A DNA stretch of 64,000 nt from Perkinsus chesapeaki ATCC PRA-425 (lineage: Eukaryota > Protista > Perkinsozoa), in contig JAAPAO010000009.1 in NCBI GenBank assembly GCA_013115145.1, forward strand, positions 1 to 64,000, in the 5' to 3' direction. The notes under the pieces are model-generated. The model saw only the letters and a list, made by a program, of their open reading frames with translations. It was not told the DNA's origin and did no database searches. Below, one piece after another: positions 48,394 to 59,821 of this stretch; the first letter of the stretch is position 1, and each line of letters begins with the position of its first letter. The position numbers were made by a program, and so were the translations under genes.

Positions 48394-50478
48394 TATTGTT
48401 GAGTAAAAAGATGGACAACCCGGTGGTCTGTAACAGCATCAAAGGACAAGACCTCCCCAGGTGATACACTTGATCTAGCCACAAGCACAACTAGTCAGAA
48501 ACCCCCTCGGCGAGGACTCTCTATTGCCAACTACGATGGGCAAAACTCCAATGCCAAGCAACACTCCTGGGCATACAAGCGTGACGCCTTGGCGATGGCG
48601 CAATGCTCCGGTGTCTCGGATCCCTGTATGTTGGGATATTTGCCCTTTCGGAAGGGGCTTCGCAGTAGAGCCTCGTTTAGATATCTCTCTTGATTTACTG
48701 CTCGATAATCATACGTTGCTTCACCAGATTCAGCTCACCTACTGATACCACCGTGCGCATGCAACGTCCACCAGTACCCTGAGTATAGGGGACATCTCTG
48801 ACCACACGACGACATTTTTGTAAGTCGTTAGGCACTCTAATCTTGGGACCCACACAACCACTCCTGGAACTCAGAAGTAGATTGCCTACTTATAGATCTA
48901 CATTTGCAGCGACGGGCATTCATGGTCGAGAGCACTGCTCTTCCAGCTGCATAGGTACCACGAGGAATACCTGTGTCACTAAGTGACATCTCCAACATGG
49001 AAATCATATCAATGGCGCCAGTGACGCACCAAGTATGCAAGTCCACCGAATCGAGACGAGCATCGAGCATTTTACCGCAAGCAAGGCTCCGTCAGCAGCG
49101 TAATTATTACAAGGTCGACAACCAGGCATAATACAAGATACATTCGTCGAGCAGCAGCTAGGACTCGTCCGCTCAAACTTATGTGACGAGCGATGCCGTG
49201 CTGGGGTGTACGCTAAACTTGTTATCGTGAGCTCCGAGTGCATTACACCGGCCAATCATGGTATTTCAAATTCTTGAATGGGTGTAGCCAGTAGGAAGGC
49301 TTCGGATTGGACGAGCCACGATCCGTATCAAGGCCGTATAAGCCCTTGGCTTATTCCGGCAATCAAGGGCAATTGCGTCCATATTCCGGGCTAGGCCGCC
49401 CAGTTCTTACGCTCCGCGGCTTCAACCTCACTGCCTCAACTAAAAGTAGTGCCCTTGAGTAGACATAACAGAACAGCCGTATATGCTGTATCGTTGTATG
49501 TTCTTAGACCCAAATCCTTGACGAGAACTCCTTGAGCTATTATAGGTGTTACTGTCGCGTCATCATGTCTGCGTCATGTCTGCACCGTGTCAGCTCGTTA
49601 TCATTGATCATTCATGATCCATCATATCTTTTTTTATTTAGACTATGCCTTCTCAGCCTAGCGCGTCACGGTGAAGACACAACCGCTGTTCAAAGAAATC
49701 AGGCTTTTATCTCACTACCTTTTCAGCAACCCGTAGCCTAATGACTGTACCTACGTTTTCGTAATCCCCAAAAGCTAGCCGTTTGGTTCATGGTATGTAT
49801 GGGTCATGCCCGAGGTCACAAACTCTTCGAGCTAGGCATTTCAGCCGTGCTAATCGAGCTGAGGCGACGTCTCCCTACTACAAGTTGTTAATACCCATGC
49901 CCCATACCCAATACCCACACCCATTATCCTGGTCGCTGACCGGCAGCCAGTGCCCAAATGAAATATGATGAGCCACTGGAAGACTTGAGAAAACGGGGTA
50001 GGTCGGTCTGAGGCTCAGGCCCTGAGCTGCCCAAATATGTCGGGAACCTCTTGAGCTGCTCTGGGACCGGCTCCCAATGAGCTTGGCTGAGGAGCAAGCT
50101 GGTCATAGCCACTGAACTAAACCCTTATATGGATTAAACCAGAAAAAATGAGTTTAACTTTAGTAGGCCTTGTGTAATAGGCCACCTCTAGCTTTGAGTT
50201 TTCAGGGCCTAGATTCTTTCCGTAGATATCTCTATCGAATAAAAAAGCAGCAACCGAGACCGAAACGTCTGGAGTTGGTCTGCTGCAGGGTCGTCACGAC
50301 CCGGTCGTGATAAATCATAAGTAATGATTCACCAGACAACAGATATCCACGTGAATGACATGACATAGAGGACATACCTTATACCGACTAATTATCTCCC
50401 TAAGAGGGTCGAATTAAATATTTGACGAATATACCGCTTTTAAAAGCTTTCTATCTTATTTAGCGAGCCTACGACATA

Positions 50479-51273
50479 TCACTTGCATTTACCGCTTACA
50501 CAGTAACCTATAACATATTTGAAGATGTCAACATAGCTTGTAAGAAGGCCACGACCAAAATCTTTATCAAGTACATAATAACCACAAAACTCTTCCAGTT
50601 CACCTTTAGCGTACTTCGAATGACATATATAATCAACTTGGGCGGCAGCAAACTGTTCCAGAAGCGGTAGAACAGTTCTGGAACACGCAGAAAATGTAGC
50701 ATTTGGGCGATACGGACAGAAGGAAATCTGTGTAAAATCGACGAGCCGAGCCGGAATGATCGGGTCGACGAACGAGTTAAAAGCTTTGCCAGACGGACAC
50801 TTGCCATCCCCGATGCAGGTAGCAATAGCAAGTTGAGGAGAGCGAGAGCGACCTAAGAGATAACCATTAAAGAATTGATTGAGAGGAGCGATGCCCATCT
50901 CCAGGTACTCGCAGAAAGTTTTCACTAGATTCGACACCATACCGTGACCACACGCTTTACGGACTTGGTTTACGAAGAAGTTGGTCGTCGGCGTGGTGTG
51001 AATCTTCACACACTTGTCACAGAGAGGGTAGTCGTTATTCTTCCTCGCCATTTCTGGGTCCATCTCATTATGGACTCCAAGTAACGATCGTAAACTGGTA
51101 AGTGCAACAGGCCGCGTTTCTCCGAGCACGCCGTCGACGAAGCGGCAGACTTCAGGCTCGGCGAGTAAAGCTGTTAGGCTATCAATGACGCTATCCGTAG
51201 GACTCCCATCAGACTGGCCGAAGGCTCTCACCAGCAAGCTGCAGATGATAAGAAAGGGAGGGGCCGTCATCAT
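50479..51273 (-). CDS. Secreted double saposin-like protein, copy 2 (intronless)
   Basis: Likely start MMTAPPFLIICSLLVRAFG at 51273; same Cys skeleton; shares TTNFFVxQV, QFFNGYL and PIIPARLV with the other copies. Confidence 0.75.
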   Translation of the reverse strand: MMTAPPFLIICSLLVRAFGQSDGSPTDSVIDSLTALLAEPEVCRFVDGVLGETRPVALTSLRSLLGVHNEMDPEMARKNNDYPLCDKCVKIHTTPTTNFFVNQVRKACGHGMVSNLVKTFCEYLEMGIAPLNQFFNGYLLGRSRSPQLAIATCIGDGKCPSGKAFNSFVDPIIPARLVDFTQISFCPYRPNATFSACSRTVLPLLEQFAAAQVDYICHSKYAKGELEEFCGYYVLDKDFGRGLLTSYVDIFKYVIGYCVSGKCK

Positions 51274-52821
51274 TATACGAGGGGCCACGACAATGCTGCA
51301 ATGATGAAAAGGACGACAGCAATATGTCGCCATAACTACAACTTTGCAAGTTGCGACAACCCGAACGATAGCCAATTACGCGAGCAGTTCCGACAGATGT
51401 TTCGAATGGCATAATTACAGTCTGTAATTTACAGATGGCGTATCAGAAGTCTAGAAGCCCTTTTACGAACGTTCAGGCTTTAGGTGGTTTTCTGGATATA
51501 CGAATTGCGGCTTCACTGAATGGCGTCGCGGCGAAGTGCTCCGACGGCGCAGCGCCTTCAAGGATGGAAAGCATTTGATACAGTTTTGAGTAACAACGCA
51601 GGTTCCACGCCTAGGCTTGTCTACCGGCCGAGCCACCATGCATGAATAGCTCTTCAGTTACTCTCATGGATGCTTGCTATAACGACTTTACCTGTGTCAC
51701 GCGTCTCGATAGGATCAGCAGATAACCGTCTCAAAAGCAGACAAACCGTTATCCTGTCACTGCAGTTGTCTGGCAACGGCTGCTGGCACCTATGCTGGTT
51801 CTCAATAGGTTGTATGCAGGCTATCAATGCAGAAGGGGAGTAGTCTGATTGCAGATATATATATGCCCTTAGGCCTACACCACAGGCCACGCCTGCGTAG
51901 TATTAGCGAAAGAGATGTACTGGTGAAAGCTTGAGCGCGAAACTCTCGTGGAGAGAGGCAGTCCGCAGACATAGTGGTCCACTGTGTCCGTGTCGTCTTA
52001 TGTGGGACATGTTTATTGTGTGGCCATCATCCGTATCCAAGGCCGAAGTGATTAATGGTACAGTGTTAACTAACAAAAGTCACTGGTGGTCACTTCGAGA
52101 ATCGGTCTCTGCCAGATGGGTACCGGGCAGCTTAGTCAGCCGTTACTTGACGCAGCAAGCTTCTCATTTTGGTGGAGACGGTCACCGGCTCGTAGACAGC
52201 ACTCACTGTCCCAGACGTCGACAGGCGACTTGCTGAACCTCTCTAAGTCGCAGTCAACAGGCGATTGTGTGAATTCATAAGACTCTTTAGGTCCGCAATG
52301 ACTAAAAGCCGCAAGCAAATCATAGGAGTGTATGGCAAATGATGTGATGCAATGGAGCAGCGCTGATAAATAGCGACAGACTGGTCCTTGACACACTTTT
52401 TACAGGTTGTAGAACAGCTCCACAACTGGGGGCTCTTAATATGATTTTCAACGCTTACCTAGTAGTTTGAGACGCGAGACGAACGTAAGTGTAACATTGA
52501 TGAATTATTGACCCGTTGGTGTACCTTGGTCCCCTTGAAGCCGAGGAAATGAATCCGGCGATTCGTGGGTTATGGTGCCCCACAGTTGGCAGTAATAATC
52601 TATACACCGTCTACGTGAATACGAACTGAGCACTGCAACCCAATTGCAAATCACTCAACTCATGAACAACCACTTGGTATTTCATATCACGTCAGTACGA
52701 GCGCAAAATTTATAGAATCAGCAATAGGTTCACTTTGACTCGATAATACCTCCGCATATGTACACCTTGTTAATTTACCACTCGGTGGATGTAGTTCCAG
52801 TGGGCTGTGAGATGAGAGTTG

Positions 52822-52843
52822 ACCCTAGCCAACTTGGCTCAAG
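52822..52843 (+). other. Relict spliced-leader (SL) sequence
   Basis: ACCCTAGCCAACTTGGCTCAAG vs the Perkinsus 22-nt SL ACCGTAGCCATCTTGGCTCAAG (recalled from the literature) gives 20/22 identity. It is followed by CT rather than a GT donor, then a short U-rich leader and an ATG. Confidence 0.75.
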
Positions 52844-53913
52844 CTTTGTGTTTGTTGCGTTGTACTATGACTGACGACCCACCCGGGAGAAACGGACCTG
52901 CTACTAACATGACTACTTCAGTCCCTCGATGGGCAAGCGCGCCCTCCAGATAGGAACTATGACGTGGAGCAGGAATGTGAGACCCTCAAGCAGCTTCGGT
53001 ATGATTGACACTCCTGAGCCGTGAAATGCTATGTCTCTCGTTTTTGCGGTGAGGGCAGTTCAGGCATCGCCAATGATGAGTGCCTTCTGACAAATCACTA
53101 TTGTGTCTCGGCTACCGAGACCAAATATTGAAAAATACATCACATTGTTATGTACTTCATACAGAATGCTCTTCACAAGTGATGATTACCAACTATTGCT
53201 TGAGTAGTTGATACGCCGAGAGAAAGCTCATATTTCATTATTCAGGAGACGTGTCACATACGTCGGGCAGCCTCTCTAAGATCACGACGTGATAGATCGC
53301 CCCGCGATCATCGCGATCGAGATCGCGGCTTCTCTGAGCCATTCAACTAGCCCGAAGTAACAACTAACGCCGACATATCATGCTCACCAACAATGTTCGT
53401 GCATGCTGAAAAGTCGATCATCGTTTGAGGGGAGGGAAAGGAGTCTCAAGCCACCACAAGGGTGTAAGAGACCACTGACTCCAGGATACCTGTACGTTAG
53501 CCCACATTGTTGGGCAATGCCCGGCAGGGAAACGTTTTCTCCGTATTTGCGCTATTTGCAATGTTTAACGGGTTATCTGCATACACATGTTACAATCTGC
53601 AGTTTAGCCCTTGTCCTTATTCCGTTGTTCAAACCGATATCTACCTTTCAGGGGATTCGACTGGAAGGAGCTCAACATAATCCCAATTGAATTAGGGAAA
53701 CCTTAGCCGTTGGCCACGCTTGAGCTAACAGCTGCAGCTGCGCTGTGGCTTTGATAGCCATCTACTATAGTGTGCCACGGAATAGATAGGGATTCGTCAG
53801 ATGACGCATATCGAAAGAAGGGGAAAAACGCTGACTACGACACAGATGATGCACCATGTGCTGTAGATATAATCCTTAGAGGACGCTCCTGGCTTATTGA
53901 TGTCGCTGTGGCT

Positions 53914-54693
53914 TTAGCATCGATCTCTTGCACAGTAACCAGCGGCAAATGCGAACAGATCGACGTAGCTTGTAACCAGACCACGGCCAAAAGACTTGTC
54001 AAGCATATAATATTCGCAGAACTCTTGTAGATCACCTCTAACGTATTCGCCATGGCAGACGCGCTCAACGCTCTCAGCAGCAAAGCTTTCCATTTTTGGT
54101 AGGACATCGCTCGAGCAATCAGTAAAAGTATCATAAGCGCAATACGGACAAAAGGAGAACTGGGAGAGATCGACAAGCTGAGCCGGAATGATCGGGTTAA
54201 GGAAAGAGCTGAAGGCGTTTCTTGCCGGACACTTCCCATCCTCGATGCAGGTAGCGATAGCAAGTTGACGAGCACGAGAACGATGGAAAAGATATCCATT
54301 AAAGAACTGATCCAGAGAAGCGATGTCATCTTCCAAGCGGATACAAAACGACCGCGCACGAGTCGAGTGGAACGGTCCTTGGCACGCTCTATGGACTTGC
54401 TGAACGAAGAAGTTGGTTGTCGAAGTGGAGTAGATCTCTACACACTTAGCGCAGAGAGGATAGCTTCCCGCTCGCCTCAGAACGCCACCGTCGAAGTGTT
54501 CAACCAGTGAGCGCACATTCCTAGTCGGGACCGGATTGGCCTCGATGACGCCGTCGACGAAGTTACGGACTTCGGCCTCGCCGAGAAGAGCCGTTAGGTT
54601 ACCAATAGCACTGTCGGTAGGAACTTCGTCTGCCTGAGCTGAAACGTTTACGAGCATGCTGCAGATGATGAAAAATGAAGCGATCATAATCAT
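53914..54693 (-). CDS. Secreted double saposin-like protein, copy 3 (intronless CDS)
   Basis: Signal peptide MIMIASFFIICSMLVNVSA; CAKC, HRAC, SFC, TCIEDGKC; second unit ends GYCARDRC*. Confidence 0.75.
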   Translation of the reverse strand: MIMIASFFIICSMLVNVSAQADEVPTDSAIGNLTALLGEAEVRNFVDGVIEANPVPTRNVRSLVEHFDGGVLRRAGSYPLCAKCVEIYSTSTTNFFVQQVHRACQGPFHSTRARSFCIRLEDDIASLDQFFNGYLFHRSRARQLAIATCIEDGKCPARNAFSSFLNPIIPAQLVDLSQFSFCPYCAYDTFTDCSSDVLPKMESFAAESVERVCHGEYVRGDLQEFCEYYMLDKSFGRGLVTSYVDLFAFAAGYCARDRC

Positions 54694-56222
54694 TAGAAGA
54701 GGGGGTGAGGTAATCCTGCAATGAGGAGAGAGGACAGAAGATCCTACTTGACAAGTAAGAGATTGAGGATTGAAATTAGACTCAATTCAGAAAGAAATTG
54801 TGACAGTTTTTCATATTAAATCGGTGAGCATGCCCAGCTGATCATGATGAGTAAAGCGTAAGCTTCGCTTCGGTGTATGGTGGCGCGCCGTTGTGCTCCA
54901 CCTACGGTTGCCCCTGGAGACTGAAACCGATTCGGCGGGGTTGGAAGTGTGAGCACTGCTTCTGTGAATAGCCCGGTCTGCTGCCCTAGCAGCCGCATAG
55001 GTCCATACGCGGCCAACTCTCGTCAATAATGTACATCACCACGATCCTTTCGGCACCACACTCTTCAGGCCGAATTGGATTGGTCAAACGGCAGACAAAA
55101 CATCAGAATGACACTGGGCGTGTCGGGCAACGGCAACTCTGCAGTTCGTGTTTGCGGCACCGGCTTGGTTTGGCTTGGAGCCATCGAGAGTCTTGATTCA
55201 AGACGCAATGTTGGTGGATCGCACATGCCAACTAGACTAGGGGCAACGGAAGCTGTTTAATGTCTATGCGAAGCCAGGTGAGGCAGAAACCATCGTGGAG
55301 GCCGGCCAACCGCCATTTCGCCGGGGTGCCTTGGAGCACGCCATGTGCCTCATATCATCAAACCGCATATGTAAAGCAGTGAACATTTTGTCCGCTGTTC
55401 ATGCGCAAGAGTGAGTGATGGCCACGTCGAGAGTTTATCTTTGGTATATTAACAACTCGCAGCCTATCAAGCTCTTCCTCTGCCCCAATAAACACTTCTG
55501 TTCAGCGGAGACAGTCCCTGGGCTCGAAACTCGTTTACGATGGGTGAGCAACCACGTTTTCCTCGCAAGCACGAGTTTGTATGTAGCTACTCCCCATGAG
55601 TCCATGCCGCATGTCGGGAAAACGTGTGTTGCAATGCATGGCTTGATATTAACTTATGCTCATACCATGTGAAAATACAACATTTTGATGACGTGCGGTT
55701 GGCCGATTCACTATTATGCATCAAAATAGTATATAAAACAATGCACTCAAACTTGGAAAGAGAGAACCTTCAGAACTTCTGCTTCTACCTTATCGTGATA
55801 GCTTGATACGAGGTCGTCCTCACTAGCGATCCGCCCAGGTGGTCCAGGCACTGGCGAGCTCTCGATTGACATCTTTCGAACCATTCTTACCAGGGAAGTT
55901 GGTACTTCCTCTCGGCTGTGTTACGTCCAGGAATTCATTCCTCACGCGTCTGTTATTCTTCCTCTTAGTGTTGCGACTCCTCGCCACATCTCTGTACGCC
56001 GGGCAAGTGACATATACGCGATATTGTTTAACGGCCTCCAGAGGGCCTGCATACCAGCGTCGCTCTCAGCAAGCCGTTCACGTCTTTGCATTGCTTTCGC
56101 ACGATTATTCTACTATTATTATTAACTACACTTTCATTAGCGTTCTGTGTACTTCACCAAACTCACTCGCCATCAGTATGGAAGAAACTTGCCCTAGCGC
56201 TGTGAAAATATGTTCACCATTT

Positions 56223-58238
56223 CTAAGCGGTCTTGCTGGAAACCATCTTTCCCTTGACAATTTCACCATAGCCGATGAGACGCCAATGCTTGTCAATACG
56301 TCGGCTCAACGCAAGCTTGTCTCCGATATTAGCGCAAACCTGAGGGAAGCGTTCTCGCTGCAAGGCGATGCACTTGTCCTACCGGCACGGCGAGCTGGAC
56401 CTTTGCCACAGAACCTTCAGTCTTGGTACCGACAATCTGTCCACCGGCGGCTGTGCCTGAAAATGAGTAAGATAAGGATCTGCGCCGGACAATTTTGATA
56501 CTTCCTATGTTAACCATGAGAATCTCTTTGTTCTTCAGCTTGGTGATGGAGGGGCCCTTGTATCCTAAAGAGAACAGAACATCATTATAGAGGGTCTGTG
56601 TACAGTCTTTATACCTTCGCCATGTCTAGTAGCGTCAGCGTCATGTTTTACACCGAGAAGTCTACGTAGAAGATGATACTTGATCTGAGCAAGAACACGA
56701 GTTGAAGCAAGGACACCCAAAACGCAGTGGTACCTCAATTTGATCATACACATCAGGGAGTTGTCCAGGATAACCGAGGACCTGTCCAACTAGGCGATCA
56801 GCTCGTGTGAGAGTTGGGTCCATCTGGGTGCCGACACCAATAAGTCTGACAACAAGGGCAGTTCTCGGAAAGGGGGGGTCGTGACAGAGCCTACCCTCCG
56901 GGGACCGCGTATTGGAGCTCGTTGTTCTCAGCGTGCAAACTCTTAATCCTAGTCTTGATGGCTCGGCAAATGACATGACCTTGGTCGTCCTTGCTGATCA
57001 CGCCAGGGCGGATCTCGATCTCATCGCCAACCTGAAAATTTGATGTAGGTGGCGCGGATTGACCAGCGGTACCTTCAAGACGCCCTTGAGGATGCTACCG
57101 CCAGCAACGCCTCCCATAAGCTCCTCCGCGTCTTGCCCTGAAATACGGTTTTTCCATCAGAACTTTGGCTCGCAAGAGAATGCTCACCAGGCTTGTTCAC
57201 ATCGAAAGATCGAATGATTATCATTTGAGGTGAAGAAGTGAAGTCACGAACCGGCACAGGGATCTGAACCAAGACACTCAAAATGAACTGTTCAGACTTC
57301 TTACTTGAGTGCATAGGTACTCAGCCACCACGTCCAAGTTGTACCGAAGGACCGCTGATATGGGCACAACCGGAGCGGAGTCGGCCACGGTGCCCTTCAC
57401 GAAGTTCCTGTAATAGACGCAGATAAGAGACGGGGGCAAGATAACTGGTAGGGCTATTACCGGATATCGGTGTACTGCTGCTGGGCCTCGGCCTCAGTGA
57501 CAAGCTCTACCTTATTTTGGAGAATGATGAGATGACGAAGTCGCATAATTTCGACAGCAGCGAGATGCTCTGAGGTCTGATCGAGCATTCAAGAAGATTT
57601 CGACGCCGAAGGGGCTACCTGTGGCTGAGGGCACTTCTCGTTCGCTGCAATGAGCAGCATCGCCGCGTCCATAACAGCTGCACCGTTGAGCATTGTGGCC
57701 ATAAGGATATCGTGACCAGGGCAATCGACAAAGGAGACATGGCGCACAACCACCCATTCACCGTGCTCGTCAGTGTAGCGGTCGGGGTAGGCCGAGCCGT
57801 GGGAGGCGTAACAGCCTGAGATGAGAGTGTCCACTGGGAACTAGATGCCAGCAAATGAATAGTACCAGGATTGGGACAGTCGGGGTTTTGGCACTTGTAG
57901 ATTTTCGCATTGGCGTATCCAAGCTTGATGGTAATGTTACGTTCCTTCTCCTGCTTGAATCTAATGGTCATAACCTGGAGACAGAGATGCGACACAACCC
58001 CAACCACGCAAGACGTACGCCCGAAAGGCCTCGGACGACTGTTGACTTTCCGTGAGCGACATGACCGATGGTACCTGTCCGTCGGGGCATGAGACAGACC
58101 ACACAGGCAAGGATACTCACCAACGTTGATGGTTGCTTGTCGTGAGATGACTTCAGGAGACAGGGGTGTGAGCTTGGTGACGTCAAGGTTGGCCAAGTTC
58201 TGCACTGCGAGGCCATCAGCGCCTATGGTAGTAGCCAT
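56223..58238 (-). CDS. EIF2S3: Translation initiation factor eIF2 gamma subunit, multi-exon
   Basis: [17 protein letters not shown]; [12 protein letters not shown]; [18 protein letters not shown]; [28 protein letters not shown]; [12 protein letters not shown]; [16 protein letters not shown]. Confidence 0.95.
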
Positions 58239-58409
58239 AATGGGATAGGGCAAGATATATAACAGATTAAGAGCAAGGCGTGCAAAAGCAGCTAGAACAC
58301 CACCGTGAAGCCAAGTGGGAAGGAGAAACGTGATGGTGGTTAGTATCGTTCGGGGTGATAATGGTAGCGCCGCTGATACGATCAGCAACGACAGGAGTAA
58401 TGCCAATAT

Positions 58410-59678
58410 CTACAGACGTTCTTGAACTCGCTTACTGACGGTACGTAGCCTCTGGTACCTTGAAAAAAGGACGATTTCCGGCGCCGCCGACTTGCCCAGT
58501 AGTATTACACTTTGCTCGGTGGGCTGCCTAAGATAAGACTGCAAATTGCGTCGCGGGCCAAGCGGATATTGGTGAAGGAGCCAAGAAGGTGGATCTTATC
58601 CTCGGCAAGCACCTATGCACACGTCATACTCCCACACAGAGGCCCCCAACGTCATTACAATTCGTGTCCGAGTCGCATTCTCTATAGCGTACTTGGTCTT
58701 ACCGTCCTTACCGGCGATACCTAAGGCATCAGCTAACGGAAATATGGTATGAAAACTATAAGTACGTCCAATGCACCGAGAAAGATGGTCTCCAGTGAGG
58801 CGTTTGACGTCCTTCACTTCGAAGGACTCGAGGAAAAGATCATCCAACCTGTTCAGTACCGATGACACCTGAGGAGTGAGAGGACGGCTCACCTGAGCAA
58901 TGCGATGGCGTCTTGGATATCGAAACCCAGCATGAAGGCTTTCATGAAATCAGCACCCTTCTGTAAGGAGTTGACCTCGGCCCCTGGACCACCTGCAGGG
59001 AAAGATACAATGGGACTGCAGCAGCCGGCGAGGGTGGTACGTCGAATTTCAACACATCGGCGCTTGGTGTTCATACGAACTTGGAGTTTCATGTGCTGTA
59101 CTAGAGGCTCTAAGAGCTTGAGCCAGCTGTTACGAAGAGGCGTCATTCGATGGGGAGGAACCTGAGGTGCTAATGACGTATGGTCTGACCTTTATTGTAT
59201 CTTGCACGCTCAACCCGAAGATACCACCCCTTTAGTACCGCAATTCTCCGAACTTCACGCATGCCCCTCTCCTCTTCCTCGGCAGTCATCGGCTTAAAAG
59301 CTGGTTTAGAGTATCCCTCCTAAGACCAACGAGACTGCCATCCTCTTCCAAGTGCCGTTAGTACTTTAGTGTCGGTTTCCATAGGTTCATAGTCTATCTC
59401 GGCCGAGGCAACTTCTACAGGGTCGAGGACAATGTCCATATCATTATCTTCGGGACCTAAGATGACCAATATACCATTTTTGGTTTTTCTATCAGATTTC
59501 CTCCCCTATATTGGCTACTGCCAGTTAGATAGCGCAACAGTGTTATCCCTGTCGTACCCGTCAAAGGCACTGGATCGTCCCTTTTCGGTTTCGAGGCACG
59601 AATTCTTCGGACTGGGCCGGTCGAGGGCTGGGCGGCCTTCTTGGCGATGTCACTCCAAGATGCAGTGCCAGACGACAT
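58410..59678 (-). CDS. PNO1: PNO1/Dim2 KH-domain 40S ribosome biogenesis factor, multi-exon
   Basis: [13 protein letters not shown]; HMKLQVRMN; [17 protein letters not shown]; [15 protein letters not shown]; HLSRCIGR; [16 protein letters not shown]; [14 protein letters not shown]. Confidence 0.93.
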
Positions 59679-59821
59679 GCCAGATGCGGTATTTCGAGTA
59701 GCAAGTGAAAATCAAGGGAAGGAACTCCGAAGACGATTATGTCAGCGAGTAAAGTTTTCCGGCGGATAAATATTTACCCACGCATAATCGCCCAGACAAC
59801 TCTTTATCTCTATCCATTTTA

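Noticed and set aside
48393-48430. Possible degenerate SL relic just upstream of saposin-like copy 1 (CCATCTTTTTACTCAAC)
   Set aside because: Too many mismatches and indels. Copies 2 and 3 instead show ordinary polypyrimidine-CAG acceptors, so this is probably a pyrimidine tract.
49880-49925. ACCCAT/ATACCC microrepeats resembling hAT subterminal repeats
   Set aside because: No TIR or TSD could be paired with them.
52136-52396. Minus-strand ORF as a hAT dimerisation-domain fragment
   Set aside because: Only vague resemblance; the diagnostic WW and SxxxER.FS motifs are not present.
55823-56173. Small minus-strand gene downstream of eIF2-gamma (MASEFGEVHRTLMK...AWTTWADR*)
   Set aside because: Plausible but needs unverified splice choices and has no recognisable motif, so it is not supportable without transcripts.
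58239-58406. In-frame hydrophobic 56-aa 'signal peptide' upstream of eIF2-gamma (ORF 57615-58406)
   Set aside because: It begins 4 nt after the PNO1 stop and spans a pyrimidine-rich intergenic/acceptor tract that naturally translates as Leu/Ser/Pro/Phe. The conserved eIF2-gamma sequence starts at Met 58238.
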